This document shows positions 9,254-20,824 of a DNA stretch of 64,000 nt, one piece after another. The notes beneath the pieces were generated by a model. It was given only the letters and a program-made list of their open reading frames with translations, did not search any database and was not told the DNA's origin. The stretch comes from a virus (Duplodnaviria > Caudoviricetes). Both the position numbers and the translations under genes were made by a program. The stretch spans positions 43,086 to 107,085 of IMG/VR virus record IMGVR_UViG_3300021431_000090. One strand, 5' to 3'. The stretch's first letter is position 1. The number at the start of each line of letters is the position of its first letter.

Positions 9254-10411
9254 CTACAAAAGCTCTGCACATAGGTCTGAGCCGACCGTTTTTAAGTGCT
9301 GATTCGTCAAATGTCCATAAATATTGCCGGTTGTTTGGATATCAGAATGACCAAGCCACTCCTGAACATCTTTAAGATTATGCCCGGATTCAAGCAATAT
9401 ACTCGCACACGAATGTCTTAAATCGTGTAGCCGTATATCCGGCATACCGTGTCGTGCAAGAATCTTATGAAAAGTTTTCGTGATATAGTCTGGCGAGTAT
9501 GGCCTCCCGTCATCCCATTTGAAGACATAATCATTTTTAACGTATCTGTCGCCGAGAAGCTTTTCATTGTTCTCCTCTTTCGCTTTCGCATCAGCGAATA
9601 TCTTCTCGATCTCTGGCGTCATTGGATATGTTCTGTAGCTATCGTCTGTCTTGGTGTCGTCTTTCTCTACCAGCTTGCTGCATCTGCACACGACGTGTTT
9701 GATTACGACGCGCTTACTTTCAAAGTCTAGACTATCCCATTTTAGTCCAAGCAGTTCGCTTCTCCTTAGTCCATACAACGCCGTGACGATGATAAGAGGA
9801 GCGAGAGGCTCGTCTTTGACAGCTTTAAACAGCTCCTTCATTTGGGCTGACGCATAGAACGACGGTTTAAATTTTTGTTTCTTCGGCCGTTTGATTCTGT
9901 CGACAGGATTATCTTGGATACGCTTCTTGTCTACAGCGTCGGCACAAATCACACTCAACACAGTGAGGTAATTTCTAACCGACTTATTCGATAGCGAACC
10001 GCCTGTTTTAACATTGCCGTATTCTGAGAGATGACTAGCAAATTGTTGTACCGCTTCAGGCGTTAAGTCCTGTATGTCAACCTTGTGCTGCTTGAAATAT
10101 GGGACGATATGTTTTTCGACGCCTATCTTATAGCCTTGATATGTGATTGGGTCGTAAATGTGCTCGGCGTATTTAATCCATTCTTCAGCATAGTCTGCTA
10201 CAGGAATCTTTTTCGTTGCCAATACTTCCGACGATACATCACGATACTCTTCAAGCGTATCATCGAGGAACTTCTTTGCGGCACGTTTGTTATGCCCGTC
10301 AATGCTCAGCTTGGTGGATATCCATTTCTGTTTCCTATTGCCATTCTCGTCCGTAATATTGAGTACGGCATAGTACATATTCTTTTTAATTTGTAAGCTT
10401 CCTGTTATCAT
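9254..10411 (-). CDS. int: phage integrase (tyrosine recombinase)
   Basis: YGLRRSE, KT..S.R, RLHDLRHS, LGHSDIQTTGNIY; N-terminal arm-binding domain; GGAGG SD before MITGS. Confidence 0.95.
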   Translation of the reverse strand: MITGSLQIKKNMYYAVLNITDENGNRKQKWISTKLSIDGHNKRAAKKFLDDTLEEYRDVSSEVLATKKIPVADYAEEWIKYAEHIYDPITYQGYKIGVEKHIVPYFKQHKVDIQDLTPEAVQQFASHLSEYGNVKTGGSLSNKSVRNYLTVLSVICADAVDKKRIQDNPVDRIKRPKKQKFKPSFYASAQMKELFKAVKDEPLAPLIIVTALYGLRRSELLGLKWDSLDFESKRVVIKHVVCRCSKLVEKDDTKTDDSYRTYPMTPEIEKIFADAKAKEENNEKLLGDRYVKNDYVFKWDDGRPYSPDYITKTFHKILARHGMPDIRLHDLRHSCASILLESGHNLKDVQEWLGHSDIQTTGNIYGHLTNQHLKTVGSDLCAELL

Positions 10412-10476
10412 ATTACACCTCCGTTGAACGGAAGCCATGACATATATGTATTTCGATTATAAATGACGGAGGAAGA

Positions 10477-10659
10477 TTATTCAAGTACAGAGACAGCCAC
10501 AAACCTAATCACCTCTGATTTTGGAATAAGGTATGGTTTACCAATATCGAGTCGTTTAATTTTCTTTTCTTTTACAAGCTGATATGCTCTATATTTTTTA
10601 ACGTGCAGCATTTCTGCTAGTTCATCTATGTCAACTACATCTTTAAATTGTTCAAACAT
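10477..10659 (-). CDS. xis: excisionase-like HTH protein
   Basis: DVVDIDELAEML.V....AYQLV....I....IG..YLIPK; upstream of int. Confidence 0.8.
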   Translation of the reverse strand: MFEQFKDVVDIDELAEMLHVKKYRAYQLVKEKKIKRLDIGKPYLIPKSEVIRFVAVSVLE

Positions 10660-11833
10660 GCACTTCTCCTAAAAAAGCTGCAGAAATTTTATGACTTTGT
10701 GTAGTTTTCTGCAGCTATTTTCTATTCATTTGTGTGTCCCTATCTTCGAAATAAGGCTCTATTTAAATGCCTATCGTTTCTCCTGTTCACAATGTCTTCA
10801 CCAGACGTTTCATTGTGCCCATCTACTCCGATAGGCATTAAAGACATTTAAGTTACTGACAACATATAACCAAAGTTTGCGCTATTTTACATATTGCTAT
10901 GATTATTAAACAGATCCCAAATAATGTAGAATCAAACTGTCCATTTAAATTACTACCAATTTACTTTCATAGAAGCTATGACTTGAGCAATATTAAGTAA
11001 CCAATCATTCCCAGTATTATTTGTCTTACTTCTGAAAAATTATACATATCGTCTGGGTCAAGGTCCTTCAACATCCACTTCGCATAATCAATCGCTTCAT
11101 CGATTTTTTCGTTTTCCATACTTCACTCCTAAAGTTCCCATATTCCAACAATAAGAATACAACAGGTATAAAGGGTAAATACCAACATTGAACCTGCTGC
11201 CACTTTATGAATCCAGTGTCTCTCATTGTCTTCATTGACAATTGATGAACCCACTAACAGCGGTGTCAGAAAAAATAGCGTATACCACAGTTTTGCCACA
11301 ACTTCCACAATATCCATACGTTCACATCAATCTGGATAAAAAGCAATGCTACTGTATATGAGGCCTTCATACTGGAGAACATGATATTCAATATCTTGCG
11401 ATTGTTCTTGATTCATAGACATTTCAGAAACTTTACATATAGAATTATCCATCTGTTTTATTGCAAACTCATTGTAACTTGTACTGTTCGACTGCTTTTC
11501 ATTTTCTTCATCGTACCTCGTACGAGGGCAAACATAGTAACGGCATCTGCCATACATTATACAATCTTCGCACATCATATTATTTTTGCCACTTCTCGAA
11601 TACCAAGTCTATAGTATCTATTACACACTTATGTTTTCAATCATCTTCATCGACCTTCGGACTATAGCAGCTCATAAACGGGTCGCTAGGCTCGCAGGCA
11701 CTACACGGTTTGCCGTCACCAGAAGACGGCGGCTCAAATACACATCCATCACACGACCATGTATTTTTTGTTACATGGTCGTTTTCTTTTCTCTGTTTCA
11801 TAAGTTTGTTAAATATGTCAAGCTCAAGGCTCA

Positions 11834-12457
11834 TTAGTTATCGAACCAGAAGACAATTCTGAAATTCTTCGCATTATCATTATACTTCTTCTCTTTTTCT
11901 TCTTCACTTAAGAAGTCCCAGATCCAGAACTCTTCTGCCATCCTTCCTTTAATTGCGTCCACAAGGCCGTCTAACACAGAGTATGGGACAAGCCAGCTTC
12001 TCTGTACATAGCTTTTGTCAGAAGTCCATCTGCACCATTCTTTCGGGATCGTGCCGAACTCATCAAGATAGAACGCATCTGTGCTGGAAATCATCCCGGT
12101 TACTTTATAAAATGGCCGTTTTGCTTTGTATGCGAATAATTCGCTAGCGAGAAACCAACTATGTGAATGCCCATCTGCTCCCCACCACTCTGACTCTTCC
12201 TTGACCTTTTTGCTTACGTCAACAGGCAGCCCTCGTGGATCATCTATTGGCGTTACGTCTCCGCTGTTTCTAACGTCAGCGAGTGTAGCGAATAGTGTAT
12301 AATTTCTGTCGCTGAATATAGGCTCTACGATCCACTCTCTCTCACGAGTGTATGTATCATCCTTCTCATAGTATGGATTCAGTTTAAAATGATCACAACA
12401 CCACCATTTGCCGTCAGGCAGCTTACATTCTGTGTAAACGTGGATATCGCATCCCAT
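11834..12457 (-). CDS. conserved phage hypothetical protein
   Basis: MGCDIH...RNY.LF..LADVRN...PRGLP.D...D.HSHSW...RIVFWFDN. Confidence 0.75.
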   Translation of the reverse strand: MGCDIHVYTECKLPDGKWWCCDHFKLNPYYEKDDTYTREREWIVEPIFSDRNYTLFATLADVRNSGDVTPIDDPRGLPVDVSKKVKEESEWWGADGHSHSWFLASELFAYKAKRPFYKVTGMISSTDAFYLDEFGTIPKEWCRWTSDKSYVQRSWLVPYSVLDGLVDAIKGRMAEEFWIWDFLSEEEKEKKYNDNAKNFRIVFWFDN

Positions 12458-12686
12458 ATGTAATACTCCTATTCTTTTGTAGTGTGCACTGTGAATACTG
12501 ACGAGAGCAGTATTAGGATAAGCCATACTCCAAATGAAACTTTCCATCCAAACCACGACTGTCCAAATGCACACATAATAAGATACAACATACCTGTTGT
12601 AAGCAGGTAACTAAGTGCTAACCCACCAACCAGTATGATTATTATCAATGCGGCTGTAATCCAGCCGCTATGATCTTTCTGACTTT

Positions 12687-13136
12687 TCATGATCCTGTTG
12701 ATCCAAACCCTCCTTCGGCGCGTTCAGTTTCATCTAATTCATCGACAGTTATGAACTCCATTGGCATATATTCAATAACGACAAGCTGGGCGATTCGCTC
12801 ACCGCCAACAACCATCTGTTCTACTTCGGAGTCGTTATGCAAAGCGACAATTATCTCACCTCTGTAGTCGCTATCGACAACACCAACAGCGTTAGCAGGT
12901 CTGAGTCCGCGTTTCGTTGCTACTCCGCTCCTGGCGAATATAGCACCGAAGTATCCTTCTGGAATACTCATCGCAAGCCCTGTATGTATCTTTACTGTCT
13001 GATGCGGCTTGATTATGACGGATTCGTTATTATCCATGCATGCGTACAGGTCGTAGCCAGCCGCATACTCCGACCCGTGAGTAGGTACAACAGCGTTTTC
13101 GTTCAGTTTCTTTACTTTGACTTCAGACTTCTGCAT
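12687..13136 (-). CDS. dut: trimeric dUTPase
   Basis: AGYDL, RSG, GVVDSDYRGE, RIAQL, R.EGGFGSTG. Confidence 0.97.
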   Translation of the reverse strand: MQKSEVKVKKLNENAVVPTHGSEYAAGYDLYACMDNNESVIIKPHQTVKIHTGLAMSIPEGYFGAIFARSGVATKRGLRPANAVGVVDSDYRGEIIVALHNDSEVEQMVVGGERIAQLVVIEYMPMEFITVDELDETERAEGGFGSTGS

Positions 13137-14473
13137 TAGTTTTCGTCTCCATCGAATACAATTATTGTATATATGTTATCAATAAGCATCTCACATGCTT
13201 CCTGGCTATTATATGAACCTTCATAATAACCGCCAAGAAGTTCGTTGATGAGACTAAGTTTAATATCATCGCTCATAGTTTAAGTTATGTACTCCTTAAA
13301 ATCTGTAATTATTATTGTTCTGTGAATATATGTATGCCAGCCCAACCATCAGCAAGACCCAGATTGCGAAGTGTATCGTCTGCATATTGGATTATCCTTC
13401 TGTGTATCGCCAAATGATATCTTCCAGCTCATCAGTCCAGTCTATAGGGAATGATTTGTCGGCAATCATATAGCGATGCATCGCGTCAGCAATCTCAATA
13501 AGTCTCTCTGTGTCTCGAATTTTTCTGGGTTTGATCCCAAGAGGCGGCTTCACTCCTACTGTTTGCTTTCCCTGTTCATTCGGCATATTCAGTATCTCCA
13601 TTCCGATAATCATCCTCTTCTTCCTCCGTATGTATATAGGTACTACGACGTAATTCTTCATCAAATGCTTTCATCTCTCTGCTAAATATCTTATCCGAAA
13701 CATCGGAATACTCTGATACTATTTTTTGAAATTCGCTAATACGTATCTCATCATTGAGTGTTTTATTTTTTAGCTCAGAGAAAAGATTTCTAGCCTCAAC
13801 GCTTGTCATTGAATCATTGAAATATGACATCGCCTTCATCTTCCTCTTCAAATATGTAGTATTCTATTTCCGCTCCGCAATTCGTACAGTGGCACGTGTG
13901 TATAATGCCTGGCCTTGCTATACCATAATCTGATGTATCGTAATCGGCGTCCCAAATTACGGTTTTCTCGCCGCAGTGGAAGCATTCGTACATATTTATT
14001 CTTCTTTTGCCGTCGCGCAGAGCTTCATGAAATCTGGCTTGGATTTTTGATGGATGATACTCTGCATCTTTTCAGAAGCAAGCTCATGTGTTAAAACGGG
14101 ACGTCCGAGCAACTCCTCAAGATATTGGTATGCATATTTTGTATTATCCCCGCTTAGCATACAGTACCCTGTATAAGCTTCTACAATTGCGCATTCTCTT
14201 ATAGTCATTCAATCAATCCTTCATACCCGAAGCTATCGAGTAGTCCTTTTATGTTGCTTTTAAATAAGTACGTATTAAGCATGACGCTTACACAGCCATC
14301 CAGATTTAGTATGCTTACACTGTCGATATCCATATCATACGTCTGGTCGCGATCTGTGTCCCCATGGTCAAGGCATATGTGAATATCTGCATCACCGTGT
14401 CCAGCCTCAATAACCCCGTTAAGGAACCCAGCGAGCTCCTTAACGGCCATCTTATTTGATTTAGACATAAGTC

Positions 14474-15676
14474 TTAGCCAATAACGGTAATACCATCAAT
14501 GATAAGGTCAAAGTACGGCGCAGACCTTGTCTCGGACTCGTGGAAGAATCCGTCCCAGATGCATTCATTACCTTCATAGAAAGCAACCTGGTCATATGTC
14601 GTCATCGTTTCTCCGTCTTTTGTCCACGTTGCGGTATCGAACACATGAAGTTCTCCGTTAAGGATAAGAGACTTAACTTCCTCAAGAGCATATGCTGTGC
14701 CATCTGCGGCAACTTTCTCGTTTAATTCAGTAAGCTCGACACTACCGGCCTCGATTGTTCCGCACCAATCAGTAGCATAATTACTGCCATCCTTAACAGA
14801 GCTAATTGCATACTCGAAATACGGCTGCCAATTGATTCTGGAAGAGATAATGTATGTATTCGGGCAAGCTGCAAGAGTAGAGCCATTGTAAGATACATTC
14901 GGAACACCAGCTGACTCACAAGCATTAGGTGCACCCATAGAGTCTGCGTGCTGAGAAATAAGAACTGCGCCAGCGTCAATCAGCGCATTCGCGGCTTCCT
15001 TTTCTGCTGTTTCATCAAACCATGATCCAGTGTAGATTACTTTCATAGTTACGCTCGGGCAAACGTATTTTGCACCGAGGTAGAAAGATGTGTATCCAGA
15101 GATGACTTCTGCATAAGGGAGAGCGCCTACATAACCAATAATAGCTTCTTCTGGCGTAATCTTTTCTGCTTCGATCATCTCATTGATTTTCATACCGGCA
15201 GCTACACCAGCGAGGAAACGTCCCTCAAAGATCGTGGCAAATGCGTTATGGTAATTGGCGATTCCTGCACTATTTGCGGTATCACCAGTGCATGACGTGA
15301 ACTGAGTATCTGGGTACTCCTGTGCAGCTTGCATGATAAATTGTTGATGACCATAGCTGTCAGAAAATACCACTGCGCATCCATCGTCAGCTAACATCGC
15401 AGCGGCTTCATATGCTTCGGAGTTCTCACCGACAAGAGTTTTAATTACAGGTGTTGCACCAGTCTGCGCACAAGCCTCTTTGAATGCTGTAATAAAGTTT
15501 GCATCATAACCGGAGTTTTCATCATGCAGGCAGATCAACCCGGCTTTGATTGGAGCGGTCGTTTCTTCAGCAACCGTTTCAACAGGCTCAACAACCGTAG
15601 CTGTCTTCTCTGAGCCGCAAGCAACAAGTGTGAGCGCAAGTACGCAGACTAAAACAAGTGAAATAATCTTCTTCAT
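14474..15676 (-). CDS. BMP/PnrA-family substrate-binding lipoprotein (nucleoside-binding)
   Basis: Lipobox LVAC; SYGH, EGRFLAGVAAG, GYVGA, YTGSWFD...E, SQHADS. Confidence 0.88.
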   Translation of the reverse strand: MKKIISLVLVCVLALTLVACGSEKTATVVEPVETVAEETTAPIKAGLICLHDENSGYDANFITAFKEACAQTGATPVIKTLVGENSEAYEAAAMLADDGCAVVFSDSYGHQQFIMQAAQEYPDTQFTSCTGDTANSAGIANYHNAFATIFEGRFLAGVAAGMKINEMIEAEKITPEEAIIGYVGALPYAEVISGYTSFYLGAKYVCPSVTMKVIYTGSWFDETAEKEAANALIDAGAVLISQHADSMGAPNACESAGVPNVSYNGSTLAACPNTYIISSRINWQPYFEYAISSVKDGSNYATDWCGTIEAGSVELTELNEKVAADGTAYALEEVKSLILNGELHVFDTATWTKDGETMTTYDQVAFYEGNECIWDGFFHESETRSAPYFDLIIDGITVIG

Positions 15677-15696
15677 TTCGTTTCTCCTTTATTCAA

Positions 15697-16290
15697 TTAA
15701 TTATTTGTTTCAGAGTCATACAGCTCTGTGAGATGTTTCATAATATCGTCGAAGTTTTCAAAATCTCCGTTTTCTGCCGTATACAGAATCATTCCATAAA
15801 GAAGCTGATTGATGCTAAAACTTCTTCTCCAGCCCTTTTCGTTGAGCTGTGTATTACGAATATCGAAATAATGGAAGAAGTCTTTTTTGTCTGCAATCCG
15901 TTTGATCTCTTCTACAAGATGGTTGAGCACATCCTGAGTGTCGCCTTTCTCGTTATCGATGATATCTAGCAGTTTCTGTGCCATCCATTTCCACCCAAAG
16001 AGGCATCCTGTTTCGCACATCGACCCAATTGCACTCTGTTCTGGAGACATTACAACGAAGTCGCTGTTCCATAAGCGGTTGATATCTGCTTCCGTTATTT
16101 TCTCAGCGAGCTTGTTATTCTCTTCTTCCGTTACGGAATTCTTGTCATTGATTGATTTGTTCTGTACCGGGCTGTATACATTCACGTTCAACCCGAGCTC
16201 ATTAAATTTGTCGTATTCATACTGTCTGGCAAGATTTGAGCCGAAGCTCATAATATCCCCGCCAAGATATCCGAGAGGTTTTTTATCCAT
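15697..16290 (-). CDS. nucleoside 2-deoxyribosyltransferase-like protein
   Basis: YLGG, VYSP....INDK, I..AD...L..SD, GSMCETG, terminal N...YG. Confidence 0.65.
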   Translation of the reverse strand: MDKKPLGYLGGDIMSFGSNLARQYEYDKFNELGLNVNVYSPVQNKSINDKNSVTEEENNKLAEKITEADINRLWNSDFVVMSPEQSAIGSMCETGCLFGWKWMAQKLLDIIDNEKGDTQDVLNHLVEEIKRIADKKDFFHYFDIRNTQLNEKGWRRSFSINQLLYGMILYTAENGDFENFDDIMKHLTELYDSETNN

Positions 16291-16469
16291 TAAGTTCCCT
16301 TTCAAATTCCGGCATTGCATAATTCTGAAATTTTTCAGACTTTTTGCACTGTTCTTTTTGTTTTAGGCCACAGTATGGGCAGTAATCAAACAGCTGCTGC
16401 CCATAATCTGTGTCCCAGTATGCTTCGTGTCTGCAACGCGAGCATTCCCAAAACCCGTAATTCTTATCG

Positions 16470-17723
16470 TTAGTTCGCCACATCTTCTTTAAGGAGGAGA
16501 TTTATTACGACGCCGCAAACAAGCGCAAGTGCTGTTCCACTCAGTGCAAATGTCGTTCCGCCTACAGCGATTCCGCTAATACCAATCGACAGAGGAATTG
16601 CTACGGTCAAAAGATTTTTCTGATTGTTAAGATCGACATTTTTCAGCATCTTTACACCACTAATTGCGATATATGCGTAGAGGATAATCGAGCATCCACC
16701 GAACACGCAGCTCGGAATAGATGCGATAAATGCCTGAACTGGCGCAAGGAAAGCAAGCATCATTAGGAATAAAGCGGCGACGAACGTTACAATTGTCGAT
16801 GCTACTTTAGAGAATCCTACACATGCCACACCTTCTCCATAGCTGCAGATACCAAGTCCGCCAAATACAGAGCCAACAAGATTTGCTACACCTTCGCCGA
16901 TGAAGATCTTGCCAAGACCAGGTTCTTTATATAGGTCTACACCAACGACTCCACTGAGTGCTGCATGGTCGCTCAAGCATTCACACATTGCGCTTACCGT
17001 ATAAGCAATGTAAACAACAATAATCGGTAAAATCGTTGCAAGCGGGACTATAGTCCAGTGTTTAATTGCAAGATCCGGCAACGCAAACAGCCTAAGGTTC
17101 TGGAATACACTGAAGTCAACTATCTGGCAAACACCTGTTACTGTAAGAAGTACTGCAACGGCATATCCAGCAAGCGTACCGATAAGGAACGGCAGTATCT
17201 TTGCGAGCCCTTTTGCATAGTGGCTAACAAGTGCCGTAATCAATGCAGTAAACAGCGCAATACCTACACCGTACATATTTGTTACGCCATTAATCTGAAC
17301 GTATGTATTAATGAATCCCATCAGAGAGATACCTATAACCATAGTGACCGCACCGATTAATGCCTTTGGAAATACTTTATAGATATTTTCAACCGGGATT
17401 CTTGTAAAGATTGTTCCGAAGATGCCGTATACAATACACGTTACAAGCCCGCCAACTGCAACTGCCGAGTAGCCTCCAGCCGCAAGTGCCATCATTACAG
17501 GTGCAACAAACGCACCAGAATTAGACACGAACATTGGCGATTTAAATTTGGTAACTATGCAGTAAATAATCGTGGCAAGTCCAGCACCGAATAGTGCTCC
17601 GCTTACTGCAACACCACATATATTTGCGATTAATACTGTTGCAACAAACACAGACAAAAGCATCTGTAATGAGTACAACAGGAGTTCGCCAATCGGCGGC
17701 TTATCGTCTATTTTGTAAATCAT
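16470..17723 (-). CDS. NCS2 uracil/xanthine permease
   Basis: Multi-TM; SLQ....F.AT.L, S.S.AF, SYGE, SIP..V.GG....Y..I...G. Confidence 0.9.
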   Translation of the reverse strand: MIYKIDDKPPIGELLLYSLQMLLSVFVATVLIANICGVAVSGALFGAGLATIIYCIVTKFKSPMFVSNSGAFVAPVMMALAAGGYSAVAVGGLVTCIVYGIFGTIFTRIPVENIYKVFPKALIGAVTMVIGISLMGFINTYVQINGVTNMYGVGIALFTALITALVSHYAKGLAKILPFLIGTLAGYAVAVLLTVTGVCQIVDFSVFQNLRLFALPDLAIKHWTIVPLATILPIIVVYIAYTVSAMCECLSDHAALSGVVGVDLYKEPGLGKIFIGEGVANLVGSVFGGLGICSYGEGVACVGFSKVASTIVTFVAALFLMMLAFLAPVQAFIASIPSCVFGGCSIILYAYIAISGVKMLKNVDLNNQKNLLTVAIPLSIGISGIAVGGTTFALSGTALALVCGVVINLLLKEDVAN

Positions 17724-17898
17724 AATTCTTCTCCTTCCCGGTCAGCATGTTCCACATATTCTCCCGATTTCTCTTTATAAATTGTCTGCGTTCAAATAAA
17801 AACCGCATTTTATTATTGAGATAACCGAGAAACTGTATCTGCCTTGCTGCTTCTTCAGGTGTTAAAACTACTTCCTTTTCTTCCAATAATCACATCTC

Positions 17899-18378
17899 CT
17901 AACTTATACGCTCTCCATACTGGTTCGGAGAAGCGAGAAAGACACCAAGTACTTTATCGAAGTGCCTGTCATAATGTGGCAGGTACCGCCCATACTTCAT
18001 CACTATATTCTCATACTTCTGAAGTTCTGCTACCTGATCTTCTATCTCATCTTTACTATATCCTGTATAGATAACGATATCATCTTTACATTTGAACTTC
18101 TTTCGAAGTGACTTTGTAAATGCGAGGATTTCATCAAATGAATCCATTGGCTCAAGCCCGGCGAATACAATTGCGTGAGTGATGTCGTTTGACAGGTATC
18201 TGTTGATGATATCATCGTTTTTCATCGTGATTGTTTTCTGAGTCGCGAGCGCACTATTTTGGCACCAGCGGCCACCGCTCTCTATATCACATTTAAATGA
18301 ACATATGCTCGTTGCAATGTACATTGACGGTATCTTGTAGTTAATAAAATCCTCGTCAAGAATCCCCTTTAGATGCAT
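17899..18378 (-). CDS. nrdG: anaerobic RNR activase
   Basis: C...C........C cluster, GLEP, IYTGY, LAS.NQ. Confidence 0.85.
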   Translation of the reverse strand: MHLKGILDEDFINYKIPSMYIATSICSFKCDIESGGRWCQNSALATQKTITMKNDDIINRYLSNDITHAIVFAGLEPMDSFDEILAFTKSLRKKFKCKDDIVIYTGYSKDEIEDQVAELQKYENIVMKYGRYLPHYDRHFDKVLGVFLASPNQYGERIS

Positions 18379-18674
18379 TCGTCACCGCTGTATCTTTCTT
18401 TTAAGTTCTTGACGTACTCTTCGCCTAACGGAGTAAGTGAGAACAAAGCATCGCCTGGTATATATCCATCTTGCGCCTCTTTGATTGCGTCTCTTACTTC
18501 CTTGTAATCCAGTGTCGTAGAGACAGTTCTAATGTCGCCATCGTAATAAATCTTTGCTTCGATTTTCACTTCCAGAGCTGTCTCTGGGATTGCAAGTACT
18601 ATGTACTCCTGGTCAAGCTCTATTTCTTCCCCTTGGTTCCATTCATTTGTATTCTGTTTGCCCATACACACCTC

Positions 18675-20600
18675 TTACTGCATAACACCATCATTCGACA
18701 AGACGTTCATCCAACGTCGTTTGTCAAATTCTGTCTTGCGAATCTTCTGGTAGCTACTTGTTGGAGTGTAGAATCCGACTACGCGAGCGTAGGTGTCCGC
18801 TATTGGTTCTCCGCATACTGGACACTTTGGCTCACCAATAAATGCATGCTTGTGTTTGCATACACTGATCTTGGTTGTAAATGCAAAGTAGATAACGCCG
18901 TGCGAAGCCACATAATTCAGCATATCCCAAGCAGTCTCTTCATTGGAAAAACGATTTTCGATATTGATATGTGCGATACATCCTCCGCCACATTTCTTAT
19001 CGAAGAGAGAGCCGAGTCTACACTTCTCCTGAATCGTACATTTCTCCATAAGAGGAATCCACTGGTTACTGTAGATGAAGTATTTGTTCTGTTCGAAGAG
19101 CAGGTTGTCTGCCTGGCAGATAACACCAGCACAGTTTTCTGCCGGAATCATCTCAATATTAAATGAGAAGTCGCAATCAAAGCTGTCTTTTACTTCGTTC
19201 ATCACATCAAGGATTTCAGATGCGAAATCTACTGCATCATCGGAGTAGCTCTTGCATCCAAGCTCGTCTGTGTTGATTAGTCCAAACAGATCCATCACTT
19301 CGTACATACCAATTCCGCCAATTGTGCAGAACTGTTTGTCTAATTCTACAGCGCCATCCTGATAATTAGGCAAAAGCCCCTTTTCGATGTTGCGTTTTAT
19401 GATATGTCGCATAGATGTAAGGGCTTTGCAGTCAAGAAGAACTCTGTCGCGGAGGATTTTAATATATTTTTTCCTATTCAAACCACTCTCATATGCTATT
19501 CTCACGAGGTTTATTGTACTTACACGACAAGATCCTACAGAAAGCGCTGTGCCGCCGATCGAATTAATGAATGCGTCAAGCTTTTTAGTATCACTCAGCA
19601 GTCTACAGCAGTTGGAAAGCACACCAACATTATCACTGACAAAGAAATTCGAGTCAGACCACTTGATATTATGCGCAGAGCACCACCGCGCAAACGGTTC
19701 ATCGACAAATTTGCTGTCCTGATAGAGCAAAGAATACGTCAAGACCGGGTAAGTAAACATATTTTGCTCTCTCGTTTCGCTTACAACGTCCATAAAAACC
19801 TTCTGACACTCAATCAGGTCTTCGATATGGTCGATTGCAAGCGTACCATCAGGGAAAACCGTGCCGCCGAACAGAGATTCGAGGTACGGCCTGTCAAAAA
19901 CAGACACATTTGTGAACGCGCTCTGGTCAATTCTGAGAAACGGTTGGTTCAGCCGGTAGATTAACTTCTGGAATTGCTGCCTCAGGTAGTAATCCGGGTC
20001 TTTCATGTAGTAACCTTCTTCTACATCCTTCTTCCAGAAGTACCACGCCCAAATTAATACGTTCGGCATACCAACGGCACCGCTCTGCCTATTGGAAAGG
20101 AAGCTTACAAACTCGATTACGTCGTCAAAGTATGTAGTAAGGTGTTTTGGCGGCTGATTATTATAGTTATCAAGGAAGAAAAGTCCCTCTGTTGCCAGTC
20201 TTGTAAAGTCATTCGCCCAACAGTACGGGAAATAGCTTGCCGTTGTGCTGTCGTTTAGGTAAAATGCGCGGCTGAATTCCGCTTCGAGCCATTGCTTTGC
20301 GGTTCTGAGGCCCCACATCTTTTTGATCTCTGTAAAGATCTTGTTCAGACCAAATAATTTATCTTCGGCCTTGCCTTTTTCTGTCATAAAACTTCGGATG
20401 TCTTTATGATTCGCATTCGCGTTCGGGTCGATACTGGAATCCGCCACCGTGTCTTTGTCTACGAAGTTATCTATAAATTCAGAGAAGTCAAGCTGGCTCG
20501 GATGAAGGCCGTTGATGTACTCAAAATCTTCTCCGTACTTCTTTTTTAACTCTTCAAGGCACCTCTCAAAATCTCTGGAAAGTTTCAGTTGTATATCCAT
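18675..20600 (-). CDS. nrdD: class III anaerobic ribonucleotide reductase
   Basis: NCCRL, IPAE, C..H...CP.CG zinc site, RVVGF glycyl-radical loop. Confidence 0.93.
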   Translation of the reverse strand: MDIQLKLSRDFERCLEELKKKYGEDFEYINGLHPSQLDFSEFIDNFVDKDTVADSSIDPNANANHKDIRSFMTEKGKAEDKLFGLNKIFTEIKKMWGLRTAKQWLEAEFSRAFYLNDSTTASYFPYCWANDFTRLATEGLFFLDNYNNQPPKHLTTYFDDVIEFVSFLSNRQSGAVGMPNVLIWAWYFWKKDVEEGYYMKDPDYYLRQQFQKLIYRLNQPFLRIDQSAFTNVSVFDRPYLESLFGGTVFPDGTLAIDHIEDLIECQKVFMDVVSETREQNMFTYPVLTYSLLYQDSKFVDEPFARWCSAHNIKWSDSNFFVSDNVGVLSNCCRLLSDTKKLDAFINSIGGTALSVGSCRVSTINLVRIAYESGLNRKKYIKILRDRVLLDCKALTSMRHIIKRNIEKGLLPNYQDGAVELDKQFCTIGGIGMYEVMDLFGLINTDELGCKSYSDDAVDFASEILDVMNEVKDSFDCDFSFNIEMIPAENCAGVICQADNLLFEQNKYFIYSNQWIPLMEKCTIQEKCRLGSLFDKKCGGGCIAHINIENRFSNEETAWDMLNYVASHGVIYFAFTTKISVCKHKHAFIGEPKCPVCGEPIADTYARVVGFYTPTSSYQKIRKTEFDKRRWMNVLSNDGVMQ

Positions 20601-20615
20601 ATTAAATTACCGACC

Positions 20616-20819
20616 TCACTGTTCATTAGCCCATTTTATTGCGTCAACAAAACCCAGAAGCTTATCGCCAACCTTCAGAGCTGGCGCTGATACCATTCCA
20701 AGCTTCAGCATCTCATCTACGTCGTAATTAATAATGAAGTCGATGCCCTTCTCTTTCAATCTCCCCTCTAGCACTGCGCATTTTGGACAGTTCGTAGAGT
20801 ACATTACAATATCATCCAT
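20616..20819 (-). CDS. glutaredoxin/NrdH-like protein
   Basis: YSTNCPKC...SAPAL. Confidence 0.8.
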   Translation of the reverse strand: MDDIVMYSTNCPKCAVLEGRLKEKGIDFIINYDVDEMLKLGMVSAPALKVGDKLLGFVDAIKWANEQ

Positions 20820-20824
20820 CAACA

